A DNA stretch of 64,000 nt, from contig OZ316893.1 in the NCBI GenBank assembly GCA_973895155.1, positions 620,860-684,859 on the forward strand, in the 5' to 3' direction. The notes beneath the pieces were generated by a model. That model did no database searches. It had not been told where the DNA came from and saw nothing but the letters and a program-made list of their open reading frames with translations. The number at the start of each line of letters is the position of its first letter. Within the stretch, counting starts at the first letter, position 1. Source of the DNA: Marsupella aquatica (Eukaryota > Plantae > Marchantiophyta). Positions 40,946 to 53,610 of the stretch are shown here, in pieces. A program made the translations under genes and the position numbers.

Positions 40946-41059
40946 GAGATAGATCTCAGAGAGGCTAGCCAAGATGTATTTTTGTCCCTCCAGACGCATC
41001 TAAGGCCCTACGTGGACTTGCCAGTAGAAGTTGACGTGGCCAGGCCACCCGGGATTCAT

Positions 41060-41500
41060 TTGTGCGAGGCCCGCCGACATGCATCTCAGAGAGGCCCGCT
41101 GAGATGGACTTGCCTGGAAATCTGAATATGCCCGGGCCAGATGCGATTCCTCTCGGCGAGGCCCACCGACATGCATCTCGGAGAGGCCAGCCGAGATGGA
41201 CTTGCCTGGAAATCTGAATATGCCCGGGCCAGATGCGATTCCTCTCAGCGAGGCCCGCCGATGTGCATCTCGGAGAGGCCAGCCGAGATGGACTTGCCTG
41301 GAAATCTGAATATGCCCGGGCCAGATGCGATTCCTCTCGGCAAGGCCCGCCGACATGCATCTCGGAGAGGCCAGCTGAGAGGGACTTTCCAGCAAATCTC
41401 AAAGTGCCCGGGCCAGATGCGATCCTCTCGGCTAGGCCGGCCGACATGCATCTCGGAGAGATCAGCCGAGATGGATTTGCCCAGATGGAGAGCCATCTCG
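41060..41500. repeat. ~5 copies of a 92-bp tandem unit with palindromic motifs
   Basis: gcatctcggagaggcc recurs at 41081, 41173, 41265, 41357 and about 41447. Confidence 0.92.
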
Positions 41501-41565
41501 GAGAGTCCACTGAAATACTATGGGACAATATTAAAATCATTGAAGGGAAACGGTAGTAAACTCAC

Positions 41566-44500
41566 ATGAAGGCTTTTTATTCTTGCGCTTTTCTGGATTG
41601 GATTTTCGACGATCCACTGCCTCCTCTTGCTCCGTTAGAGGCACTCCAACGAACTCTGTCATCGTGTCTTCCGCATAAGATTTGAAGTACGGATAGGATT
41701 CGGTCCCAAAGACCATCCGCCCACAGTTCTCACCAGCCTTAAAGATAGCCCCGAAGTGTGCATTGAACGTGACAACAGTTCCCCCTGGCTTAGTTGTATA
41801 TTCTATTATACATTGGAGTGTAGCTGGAGACAAGGTGCCACCAAAATCATCAATGGTCTCATTCTGACCCGTTGTATAGTTAGTTAGCCCGTTCCTCAAC
41901 TTCATATCAAGCTCGACACTGATTGGCTTCACGTCATCCTTTGGGCATACCTCGGCAGACGATTTAAATCCCCAAAGGTCTAGCTTGAGATATTCACTCT
42001 AGACGTACAGAACAAAGTCAGTGATGAGTCTTTCTGAGTACAAGTCACCGAAAGAACATAAGACAAGAATGGAGTTAAATCTATTAGACTTACCCGCTTT
42101 CGAGTCGTGAAGTCGAAGGTGGGTGTGGCGTTCCAGATGAAAAAGGTGTCTTTCAGCACCCAATTGGTCTCTTCGTAATTGAGACTGTCACAAAGTACTG
42201 CGGGGTGGGCAACCGAAGCACTATGCACTATGCCAAACAATCCCTCATCATCGAGGAAAACTCGCACAAAATCCTCAACCCGACTGAGGTCGTCTGGCCG
42301 GAACAAATTCCACAATGGGATGTTCCCATCCGCGTGCATGCGGGTGTCTGATCCCATTTGAATCAGAATCAGATTTGCACCAGACCTTGCAGGCTTCCCG
42401 TTCTTTAGCCAGCCTTCTGCAGCCAAACCACCCCGCCTAAGCTTTCTGCACCAGTCTCTAAAACGGAGTACCACAGCCGGTTCTTTACTGTCATTGGCAG
42501 CGTCAAAGTAAGTTTTGAAAAGATACGGAGACCATTTAAAATAACAATGCCTGAGCGGGGAAGAAAAGTTATCGGCGCTTGAACGCCGAACTCCAACCAC
42601 TTCTGTGCCATCCGACTTCGGTTTGCCTTCAACGTCCTCTTCGTAATTTGGGCCATCCGTTGGGGCCTCATGTTGGATTGTCGTGGGTGGAACCTCTATT
42701 GGGCTGGGCGGGGGTTGTGGTATGGTGCTAGGCGGGGGTTGCTCTATGGGGCTGGGCGGAATGTCTTCAAGCTCAGTGTCACGTGCTTTTGCGCGGTGAG
42801 GTTTGGGCCTCGTTGTTTTGGTCTTTTTTGCAGCCTTTGTCTTTGGCCTTGAGGATAATGGCATCCGTTTTGGCGCCGGAGTATCAGACTCACGCCCCTC
42901 TTGTTTGTCTTCTCCTTCGTCCTCTACCCGTTCGTCTTCTCCTTTGTCCTCTACCCGTTCATCTTCTCCTTCGTTATCTACCCGTACGTCATCTGAATGA
43001 TCCCCTCCTTGGGTTGCGTTCTCTCCCTGGGATGCGTCATGCTCTTGTTCCTGCTCGCTTTGTTGGTCCAGAGGCTGGTCTACCATTGGCTCTGTCGAAG
43101 GCTGCACGGTTTGTTGCTCCACTTGCTGGTTGCCTTGTTGTAGTGTAGCCGGCTCTATCGTTGGTTCTGCAGTTGGTTCTGTAGCCGACTCTATTGTTGG
43201 CTGTGGAGCCTTCTCTATAATTGGCTTTGAAGCCACTTCTACAGCCTTGCTTTTTACAGAACCTGGTTCCTCCGGTATCTCCTTCATACCTGGATAGATT
43301 GCAAAGCAATGGGGTTATTGATCCCAAGCTTCTCCGCGAGCCTCGCCGACATGACATCCAGACACTTGACATTATACTTCATCTGCAAAGGTCCGGACGA
43401 CATTTGGCTATTCTTCTCAGCGAGCCTCGCCGAGATGAGATCCAAGGGTTCGGACGAGATGCGACTGAAACTTGTTTGTTCTCAACGAGCCTCGCCGAGA
43501 TGAGATGCAGTCTATCTCAACGACCCCAAAATTGGTTCAGTACTATGTTAGCAAACCCAGCCAAGATGTAGTTCCAAATGAAACCACTATGCAGTGCGAA
43601 AGGAATCGAGTAATACCTGATGTTTTTCTTGGACTGGTTAGCGAGTCAGACTGACTGATGTCGCTCGATGGTTCCTTCTCAACCTTCCGTTCACCTTCTT
43701 TTCTGGCCTTCTTCCCGTCATAGGCAGGGTCAGTTGGGATAAGGGTCTCCACCTCTGTTGCCTCCGTTACTGAATCTGACAGTTGTCGCAACTTTGTTAT
43801 ATCGTAGTAATTACTAGGTTCCTGTGCTTCTTTGAGCAGGTCTGCACTATCCTTCTCGACAACCTCGAGAAAAGTGTTCCAATTGTCATACTCCATGTAC
43901 CATGGGCAGTTCCTCCGTTCCCAATCCGAGAATACTCTGCCATGAGGCATGCGACCATCACATGGATACATGCTAAGGCTACCTGTAGCCTCCATCCAAG
44001 ATCTAATCGCCAATGGTAGTTGTTTCAACATCGTTGCATTCATGTTCTCCTGATGTATGAGAAATCTTGTCACGCACCGCTTTGTTCGCTTAATCCACGC
44101 TTCCCGAAACGCCAATTTGGTATTCCCTTCATTCCAAATGTCACCGCCTACTTTTAAGGATTTCTCTTGCACATAAGATCGGTAAAGCTTTCTATAAAGC
44201 TCAGCAAATTCCTCTCGCGTTCCGCTAAAATTGCCAGGCTGGTAGGCCTTCTCAGCAAAATTGGTCAACAAGATACAACCAACATAGTCGATGTTACACT
44301 ACATTGACCACACTGCTAGCCATGATCTAACCACTGAATCACTATTGCTACGTGGATGGTGATACCTACTCCTATCTTCCTCCGTTCCAAAATGAGCCTT
44401 CAAGAGTTTTAATCTGCACTCTGCAGTTAACCAAGCCCCAGAAAACAAGCGGATCCGATCCAATCCAACCTGCACATTCATGACACCCTGCTTGGCCTCC

Positions 44501-45776
44501 TTTGCCAACTTGTGATAGAGCTGTCGATATGCCGGGATGAATTCCAAACCATTGGCTGGATTCACGCAGGCTGCGAGCTTGGGGAACTTAGTGTCCCAGC
44601 TCTTGCACGCAGCAGTAATCATTGCCTCAGTCTCATGCTCAAGTCTCTTGGCATTCCACGGGTGCCCATGACCTGCGTCTTGTGCCATTCCTTCGAAATA
44701 TTGATTCGCCCCGCTTCAATGTTTGACCAGCTCATGATGTACACAGCTGCCTCTTTTGTCATGTTCTTGGAGTACCAAGTCTTCCCGTGGCCACAATTTC
44801 GAGCCTTGAGGAAACCCTCCAACGTCTCCTTGGACATAAGCGAACTGTACTCCTCCAATGGAGTGTTCAACAGCTTCGCCACCCAATCGGCGTCATTGAA
44901 CCATGACGTCCTCATGACAGTCGCGCTTATCCTGGACACGGCAAAGAATGTTCTTAGGTCTAACATTCAAACAGGGCAATCTTTGACAGATTGCCAATAG
45001 GGTATTCACACAAGGGAAACGATATTGTATACCTGTTGTTGCAAAATATGAGTTACTTACGAGTTCAGAGCGTGCATTGCTTGCTCAACCTTCTTGAATC
45101 CGTCCTTTCCAGCGTTCAAAAGAGAGAATCTGACACACGGATGGTACTGCGGTTGATCTGGAAACTCCTCCGCAACTGCAGACCAAGCTGTGTACCTATG
45201 GTTTCCGTCAAAAACCCAAAACATCTTGTCCTTGAGCATTTTGAAGTCCTCTGACACATCGCACTCTTGCTCAAACTGCTCATTGATTTCAGTCCACAGC
45301 GAGTCCCAATAGGGCTTGAACTCTGCCACTGTCCTCGTCTCCCCTGCTTCATTGAACTCAATGATGTGGAACTCGCTGAGCTTTACAACATAGCCGCTCT
45401 CTCTGAATCCTTTTTTTAGTTTGACCACTGACTCATCATGAAGATTCCTGACGGCCTCCATTGGCATGAGCCGGCATAAGGGGATCCGGGGAGGATCCTT
45501 TTCAAACTTCGTCTCATACTTGGAGACGATCGACTCCCAAGCTCCCTTCTCTACAATATCTGCTAATTCCACTGCTCCTATTGGCTCGAACGATATTTGC
45601 TTTGGCTCAAACTTCCTCCTTGAGTCCACTGACTCCACAAGGGGACCACCTTGTGAGCGTGTTAGTCGAGATGTCACTGGCAAAGGGGACAAAGACCGTT
45701 GTTTCTTACTCCGCTGAGAAGTTCCGCTATCAACAGGTCCAGCGACAGAACCAGCCGAGTCTTTCCTCTTCGCCAT
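41566..45776 (-). pseudogene. Spliced gene: ParB/Srx-like N-terminal domain, helical region, acidic/Pro-rich linker and beta-class N6A/N4C DNA methyltransferase-like domain
   Basis: Phase-compatible exons 45776-45061, 44931-43617, 43289-42094 and 41998-41566. ParB-like: IPLCRL..VR..VVKLKKGF..GY...FWVFDGNHRYTAW. MTase-like: ANLILIQMG (motif IV position), FLDDEG, SEYLKL, LSPATLQCIIEYTTKPGGTVVTFNAHFGAIFKAGENCGRMVFGTESYPYF (motifs X/I/II). There is one frameshift near 44710 and a TAG at 44299-44301. Confidence 0.72.
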
Positions 45777-46324
45777 TGTGATCTAAGATTACATGAGAAA
45801 ACATTCAAGAATTACTTCACAATAACCATACATCTCGGTGAGCCCCGCCGAGCAAAAGTTTTGACATGTCGAGCTTGCAACATACATTCAAATCGTGTAG
45901 ACAGTCATGCAGTGAACAAAAGATCCAACCTCAGAGATGGGTGAAGCGCCGCGCTTGAAACTACAACCCGCTAAGAGTGATTCGACCACCGCCGACTGAG
46001 ACCTTCAAATCACCCTTTGCAGCACAAAGCTTGAAACTTCGAGAGTCGACCGCTGCCAAGCTCAAACCAAACTGAGACCTTCAAATCACCTTTGCCAACC
46101 AGCACAGAGCTTGAAACTACGAGACTCGACCGCCGCCAAGGTGAAGCCTTCAAAACACCTTCGCAAACCAGGGCACACGACCACACTTGCCGAGAATAAG
46201 TGGAAGAGAGGAAAGCCAACGTGATTGGAAGACTGGGACGAAGAGCGGAGGGGACCTAGGAAGAGCGAGGATGCGTGAGGAATAACGGGGAGTGAATGAG
46301 ACGGGGAGTGAATGATGAAGAGTG

Positions 46325-46710
46325 AGGAAGCGCAGGGATAAGTGAGAACGACGTTGAAAGCCCTAACGAAGCGTGAAGAGCAAGAGTGACGAGGAAGAGT
46401 AAGGAAGAAGGACCCTCGTACCGCACGTACCGCACCGGTGACGAGGAAGAGTAAGGAAGGACCCTCGTACTGCACGTACCGCACTGCACGGAAGTACTCC
46501 ATGGATACGAGAGATCCCCGGTACCGCACCGCACACAAGTACATGGATACGGGAGATCCAAACTATACTAGAGAATGTACATCTTGTTAATTAACGGGCC
46601 AAACAAGAAAGTACGCGGCCAAACAAGAAAGTACGTAAGGTTCTAGGGTTTACGGCCCAGTACGGGGGTATGAGATTTAGGGTCCAAATCTCAAAGACCC
46701 TCGCCAACAA
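46325..46710 (-). promoter_or_regulatory. Promoter/5'UTR block upstream of the ParB-MTase gene, duplicated in inverted orientation at 53760-54057
   Basis: aagcgcagggataagtgagaa...gtaccgcacgtaccgcac...catggatacggga...aaacaagaaagtacg...tacggcccagta matches the reverse complement of 53760-54057. It contains telobox-like (TAGGGTTT) and site II-like (GGCCCA) motifs. Confidence 0.65.
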
Positions 46711-47620
46711 TTAATTGCGGCCCATACTGAGACGTGTCAACATCTTAGAGCCTCGTCCCAAAGAGGGAATGGGGGCCCACAATACGAGTCCAAATCTCAA
46801 AGACCCTCGCTGAGAATGGATAGCGGGCCAATACTGAGACGTGTCAACATCTCGGAGCCTCGTCCCAAAGAGGGAATGGGGGCCCATAATACGAGTCCAA
46901 ATCTCAAAGACCCTCGCCGAGAATGGATAGCGGGATTGACAAAGACCTCTAAACCCTAAACCTATATACCCTTGGGTGGGGTATACAAAGCTGCAGTGAG
47001 ACAGCACCGATAGATCTCGGAGACCCTCTCCGAGATGGCGTGGTGTGCCACATCTGGCAGTCATCCTATTTTGAGACACTCGCAAAAGAGGATTGTGGAC
47101 AAGGAAGTTGACAATCTAAATCCAAAAGACCCCTGCTCCATGTCAGAGACCCTCACCGACATAGAAAGGCGTGCCCCAAATGTCTTCACTTTATCTAGGA
47201 GATGAAGAACTTCAGACACCTTGTACTCTCGGAGACCCTCTTTGAGAAGGAGTAGTGTGCATGAAATGGCAATGCCTCTAAACTCTTGGACCATATCACG
47301 GGAGGAAAGGTAAGGCAGATCAGGCATCGTGTCTCTCAGAGACCCTCTCCGAGATGGAATTGAGAGGCACTAGTCCCCCACCGTGGGACCCAAGATGTCG
47401 GAGACCCTCGCCGAAATGGGACTATGGAACTAGAAATACTTCTCCGTACCATAAATCCATAAACTTTTTACAATTATCCGTACAAAATGACTCGGCAACT
47501 CCAAATTGGGCATTTTTTCCTCTACAATGCTCGAATATATCTCGGAGACCCTCGCCCAAATGGGATTATGGAACTAGAAACGCTTCTCCGTACCATGAAT
47601 CCAATTTTTTTTGCAAATAT
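46680..47620. repeat. Short tandem duplications (~107-bp and ~144-bp units) carrying the GACCCTCGCCGA motif
   Basis: gtccaaatctcaaagaccctcgc at 46682, 46788 and 46895. cggagaccctcgcc.aaatggga.tatggaactagaaa at about 47398 and 47543. Confidence 0.8.
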
Positions 47621-47769
47621 CCGTACATACCGGCGTTTTCTCTCTTTTACAATGCTCGAATATATCTCAGAGAGGCTCGCCGAGTATGATATGCACTCCA
47701 AACAACCGACACCAAACTCTGAAGTAGACCTGCGCCAAGGAGGCAATCTGGGAATCCTACATCCAAATC

Positions 47770-48440
47770 CATCTCAGAGACCCTCGCCGAGTAAGAGACG
47801 GAATCAAAAGTCGATGATGCTCCGACTCGGAGAGTCGATGTTGAACAGTCAATGTTGCAAAAACAACAAATCTTCTACTGAGAAACTCTCGCTTGCACAA
47901 GAGTGTGGGCCCCAGGTGTCCCGAATAGATCTCAGAGACCCTCGCCGAGTAGGAGTAGGGATAAAAAGTCGATGATGCTCCAACTCGGAGAGTCGATGTT
48001 GAACAGTCAATGTTGCAAAAACAACAAATCTCCTATTGAGAAACTCTCGCTTGCACAGGAGTGTGGGCCCCAGGTGTCCTGAATAGATCTCAGAGACCCT
48101 CGCCGAGTAGGAGTAGGGATAAAAAGTCGATGATGCTCCGACTCGGAGAGTCAATGTTGAACAGTCAATGTTGAAAAGTCAACAAATTTCCTACTGTGAA
48201 ACTCGAGCTTGCACAGGAGTGTGGGCCCCAGGAGTCCCAAATAGATCTCAGAGACCCTCGCCGAGTAGGAGTAGGGATAAAAAGTCGATGATGCTCCGAC
48301 TCGGAGAGTCGATGTTGAACAGTCAATGTTGAAAAGTCAACAAATTTCCTACTGTGAAACTCAAGCTTGCACAGGAGTGTGGGCCCCAAGAGTCCCGAAT
48401 AGATCTCAGAGACCCTCGCCGAGTAGTATGGATAAAAAGT
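47770..48440. repeat. ~4.3 copies of a 158-bp tandem unit
   Basis: atctcagagaccctcgccgagta at 47771, 47929, about 48087, 48244 and 48402. Confidence 0.92.
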
Positions 48441-48715
48441 TGATGTAGGGCAAAGAGGGGATCGGGCCCGCACGAGGGATTGTGGGCCCGCACGATGGGA
48501 CTTTCAAGACCACGACGTGCAGAATGTACCACATCCACACATTGCAGAAATGTACCTTCTTGGCGGCTGCTGGCAATTAGGTACCTTCTTTGTGGTACAA
48601 TTCTCGTCGTTGCGGGTCATATGCTCGTTCTACGCACGTTGTATCGTTATAAGTAGCGTTCCGGGTCATACGATTTCTCTACGCACGTTGTCCAGAACGG
48701 TATTCTTGGCCGTAA

Positions 48716-51700
48716 TTGGTACGTACAGGTGCGTTAACGCTGAGCCTCAAAGTTTGTCGTTTTAAGGGATGTCAGATCATTCCCTATGTGGATTCGGGAA
48801 ACATGGCCTCTCTTGTGATTATCACATCTTTAACGGGGGATGTAGTTGTTTTTCATAATTCTAACGTTGACATTGTCCGAGTGACTAAGGAACATGAAGT
48901 AGCGAGCCGTTTTGGTTTGAAGGTAGGGGATTTCATGATTTATGAGGAGAGCGAGGACGGGTTGTCCACGTCTGCTGAATCCAAAGGAGATGGAGATGAG
49001 CGAGAGTGGTACCTGAAGTATGGCGCGTGTTATATTCTCTGTAGAAAGACGGGGTGCATACCAAGTGCACACCATGTCAAAGAGGGTCTCCGACATGAAG
49101 AACCTTCTCGGACGAGTACCCCTCGGTCGAATTCATTTCGAATGTGGGAGGATCGCGGAGATGGTGATACTCCACCAAAGGAGACACCTCGATCCAGTGG
49201 GATTCATGTCAGAGGGGGTCTTCGAGATGGTGAACCTTCACCAATGAATACACCTCAGTCAAACACATCCCAATTCTGGGAGGATCGTGGAGCTTGTTAT
49301 CGTCAACCAAAGGAGACACCTCGTTCAAAGGCATCCATCCTCCGTGAGGGTCTCCAAGATGGTGATTCGGTATGGAAGGATGAGTTCCTTGTCAGTGTTG
49401 TTCATGCCATGTTGCACGGAAAAGGGACCTCTCGTTGTGTACAAGCTGCTCGTAAGATTTTGAGCATGAAATTGCCCGAGAGAGTTCTACGATTGCCAGA
49501 ATTCTATGATGGAGACCATATTTTTGAGTTGCCACCCTTTACTGGTCCATACTCTAAGGGTTGTTTCTTCTTTGGGATGGAGCGCAAGAACGATTGTTAC
49601 ATGTGGAGCCGGTTAATTGAGATGGGAGCAAACATTGGCCCAAAGCTGAACAACAATAGTCACTCGTACAAGATCCAAAGCGTCAAGTGTTTGGGTTCTC
49701 TGCGATGTCTGCATGAGGATTGTGAAAATTTTCAACAACGACAAGAGCACAATTCTGCAAAGTGGACCCAAGATCGAGCAGGCACAAATGAGCTACCTTT
49801 CCCTGTTGGACGCGATGTTCCCCCGTCGAGTGTAATTTGTACGTACTGCAAGAGGCCTCCCAGGTGTATAGCTCGATGCCCAAGTGAGATGTACTATATC
49901 ACTCCAACCAAGGATGACGTGAATTATTGTCACAAGTCTCGTGTTGCGATGCATATAGGAAATCACACCCATCCTGCAATGTTCACGCATAACAAGGATC
50001 AACGATCAGTTGTGCACAATCTTGTGGAGGTGGAGCTGAAGAGGAGTCCGACTGCTATGCCGTCTGTTATCAAGGGCGAGGCAATACAGAAACTTAAAGA
50101 TATCCTTGAAGACCCAGTGGCTGAAATGGTGACATCTGAGGAGGCAAGAGACCTTAATGAAATGTTGTCCATCCTCGGTGATGAATCCATTTTTCGCTCT
50201 ATGATCAGGAGCATCAAGAAGTACAGTCATGTGTCGTCTGATCTTAACATGATACTGGAGATGCGGAAGGTGACTGCCTTTTCGTTTATCCAAAGTGTTT
50301 TGTTCCCATCCCAGAACGTGGGAACAGACGAGCGACCACACATTTTTAAAATGAGTACAGAAGGTCCTGGTTCCGGGGTGGACCTTGTTCGAAGAATGCA
50401 GCCAGGCGGGGATCTCGAGCATTCATGGGTGATGTCTGATGTGATGCATCGTATACTTGACAACAAATGGTGCACCATGTCAGCACACGTGTATGACCAT
50501 TTCTATCGGGGCCTGTGCACAATCTTTGTTTGTGAGTTGGTTTCAGAAGATAGTGCGGCATTACAAACTGCATGGAAGGTCATGAGGAGGGTGTGTGGAG
50601 AACATGGGCTTATCAATGTTGAATTTTGTGGCCTTATGGCTGATAATGCTGCTGCTGGGTGGAATGCAATCTGCAATGAATTTTGGGATGGAAAGGTAAA
50701 TACCCATAGAGAGAGGTCTGATGCATTTCACTGGGCCCAATCAGTGGAGAGGGTGCAGAAGCACATTGTCCCACAGAAGAGATTTGAGCATAAGGAAATT
50801 CTAGATTTGCTTCGACATGCCGACAACATAGTTCTCGCATTTCGAGTTTTTGAGAAGCTTAAGACGTGGTGGAGCGAGGGCAACGCGCTACCCGGAAAAG
50901 CGAAGGAGCTCACAACGTGGATGTCTTGGTGGATTGTTCGGTTTTCTCAATGGGGAAATTTTTTGAGACTCGTAAGTGTCTAACGCTTTTCCTCTATATG
51001 CATGAAATCCGTCAAATCTCGGCGAAGCTTGCTGACATGGGGTCAGTTGAAGGGATGTTCAATTGGACGACCTCTATCTGTAACGCTTTCTGTCAAATAT
51101 CGGCAGCGGTCGCCGAGATATGTTTCCAATTGTATTGACATTCTTCTTGGAAATTGTAGGAGATGGACAGAGAAAAGGCTGCGCTGATGCCTAACCACAG
51201 CGGGGCAGAGTCGGTGCATGCGGTCATGCGGAAATGGTCCTCTAATAGAAAGGTTGGGTTAGTACAGTCCTGTAACTTAGATGCAACTTGAGCATTGAGC
51301 CAGGTTGCATCTTTGGAGCACTACCAACACAGTGGGAGGAAAGGGCGGGGACCGAGCCTATTTGAACTCCGACTTCGAGACGCTACTGCTGTTGGGAATG
51401 TGGAATCTTTCTTTTCAAAATTGAACACAGTTATAACTCAACCAGAATTGCGTAAGTTCTCGTCAGCGGACCCACTTAGCGGAGATGTAGAAACGGTTTC
51501 TATGAAGCGCGGGAAGGCCGTATCTGGCGCTCATATGGTAGTAGAAGATTCACACAGGCCTGACATTGTTCTGGTAACGAGACCAAAGAAGAGGAAGTTC
51601 AAGGGGGTTGCAAACAGGGACGCAACCTTAAAAAGCACAGATCCTGAAGTTGTGGATCTGTCTTCTGATGGGGGTAGTGGCTCGGGCGAGCCTGAAGTTG

Positions 51701-52638
51701 TCATTGTGGAACCTCTCCAACGGACGACAAGGTCAACCCCACGTCCGGAGCCCGTCAGAAGACATGTTTAGGAAACTGATTTGGTGCCAGGGACGTTATT
51801 TCTGGCCCGCATCTCAACATGTCGTAAGAGTCCCGGTTGTAGAGGTGCGTTCAAAGGCAAGGAACGGGGAGTATGTGCTCGATTTATTAGAGAGGCAGGA
51901 TTGAAAGTGAGCGGATTGGGTGTTGTTGGTATTTGTTGGCTGGCGGGGAGTAAATTTAATGAACCAGGTGTTCCATATCCGTATTGGTTTTGTCCGAACA
52001 ACCAGTGTTGCAGAAAATCCTCTTTGCCTTTCATTACCGGCGTGCTACCACCACTGCCTTCAAAGTTTCCGGTCTCTCGTGGTACTAATCTTACAGAAGC
52101 AGAGGTTATTTTCCTGCACAACAATGGAGTGGATGTCATTTCTGGTGGTGATGTTATGAATGAGGTAGTGAGTGCTGGCGACATCATCATGGATTTGAAC
52201 ACATACCCAGAGCGGCCAGATCCTACAAGGCCTGACGATCGTGGTACTCGCCGCAATGGCCAGGCAAGGCGAAGGAGGTCAGACCCCCCCAAGGATGCAT
52301 TAGCACGTATCCAAAATGCTAAGACCGAGGCCATTGTGTGCACGTCAATGAGGAGAATTGAAACAGGGAATGCTACCGGCATAAGGCTCATGGTGAACAA
52401 CACTAGCAGGGGGCGAACTTCAGTACATTGCGTCCAGATCTGTGTCTTCCCAAGTTGCTCCTGCAAGGATTTCATGTATAGGGAGTCGATGGGAAGAGCC
52501 TACTTCCCGTGCAAGCACTTGTACTGGTGCTTTGCAAACATCTGTAAAAGGGACATTGACACGGATCAATGTGTAAACCAACCTATCTTGACTCTAACTG
52601 AGGTCCGCGGCCTTGTAGCAAATACCAATATCGTCTGA
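48716..52638 (+). pseudogene. Mutator-like transposase: GCM/WRKY-like zinc domain, MULE DDE core and SWIM zinc finger
   Basis: KCLGSLRC..C...CTYC..C...HIGNHTHP (GCM-like). WVMSD, FCGLMADNAAAGWNA, FHWAQS and, after a phase-0 intron at 50972-51159, GAESVHA (third catalytic E). SWIM: CSCKDF...CKHL. In-frame stops TGA at 51289 and TAG at 51769. The real start may be the ATG near 48803. Confidence 0.85.
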
Positions 52639-52644
52639 CATTGT

Positions 52645-52802
52645 ATGTCGGCGACCCTCGCTAACATTGTCTCCTTCTTCAGGAGATCATCTTGGCGACC
52701 CTCGCCGTGTCATCTAATCTTGGCGACCCTCACCGAGTCATCTAATCTTGGCGACCCTCGCCGACGTAACTCCTGAGTCATCTTGGTGACCCTTGCCGAC
52801 AT
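52645..52802. repeat. Cluster of ~5 TCTTGGCGACCCTCGCCGA palindromes just after the transposase stop
   Basis: Read directly from the sequence. Confidence 0.85.
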
Positions 52803-52880
52803 GGACTTCAGGGTTGCGGGCCTAGGGTTAGGGGGTTAGGGTTTATAATATGACCGTTATAAGTATAGAATTACGGATTT

Positions 52881-53610
52881 ATGTTGGCGAGGCTCAGATT
52901 CGACCCTAAACCCGCTTGGGTCCTTGGGATGAGGGTTGTTGCTTTGTTCGAAACTATGGATCCTAGTGCAGGCGGACGTGAGATGGTGATTGATAGGACA
53001 CAAGAAAGGCTTACATCGGAATTGCAGACGCTTCTTGCTAGTAAAGAACAAGACCGTGCTCGCATCTGGAATCTCCCCTCCTCTCGTTATCCCCTACGAT
53101 GTCGCCCTCCAGCCGGTAACTTGATTCCGGGATTGCCTGATGATCTTGTGGAGTTGCACATATGGCCCCGGATCCGATCAATGTTGGAAGATGTTGTGCT
53201 TGTGGATGCTCCAGTGAGGAATATGTGCCTGATGGTGCGGTCTGTTGCGCATATCAACAGGAAATGGAGATATTTGATAACAAACTCCATAGCATGGGCT
53301 GCAATGACTACTGCTATGATATTTTGTGCCACGAGATGACCTGAATTGACACCTCACTTCTTTCGTGAGTCAATGAGAGCGTTCCCCACCGATTGATGTT
53401 TGGGCTCGGTTGGCTGATGATATCTTAAATAAGAGGATCAATTCCTGGTTATTATGTGATTCGGAGGAAGTGGACTGTTATCTGTCGATATGGTGTTCAG
53501 CAAGAACGAGTAGATGCTTGGAAAAGGACTCGTCTTGATAATTGGTACATTGAGCAGGTTCAGGAAAGACTTGATCAAGGTGTAAGTGTCAATCGTGACA
53601 ACTTTTAGGT
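52881..53610 (+). pseudogene. F-box-like protein 1 (disrupted)
   Basis: LIPGLPDDLVELHIWPRI...VAHINRKWRYLI resembles a plant F-box motif. Stops appear after 53339. Confidence 0.6.

Noticed and set aside
40965-41569. Several overlapping ORFs of 80-190 aa
   Set aside because: They are by-products of the GC-rich 92-bp tandem array. The same applies to ORFs at 47354-48538 and 55945-56183.
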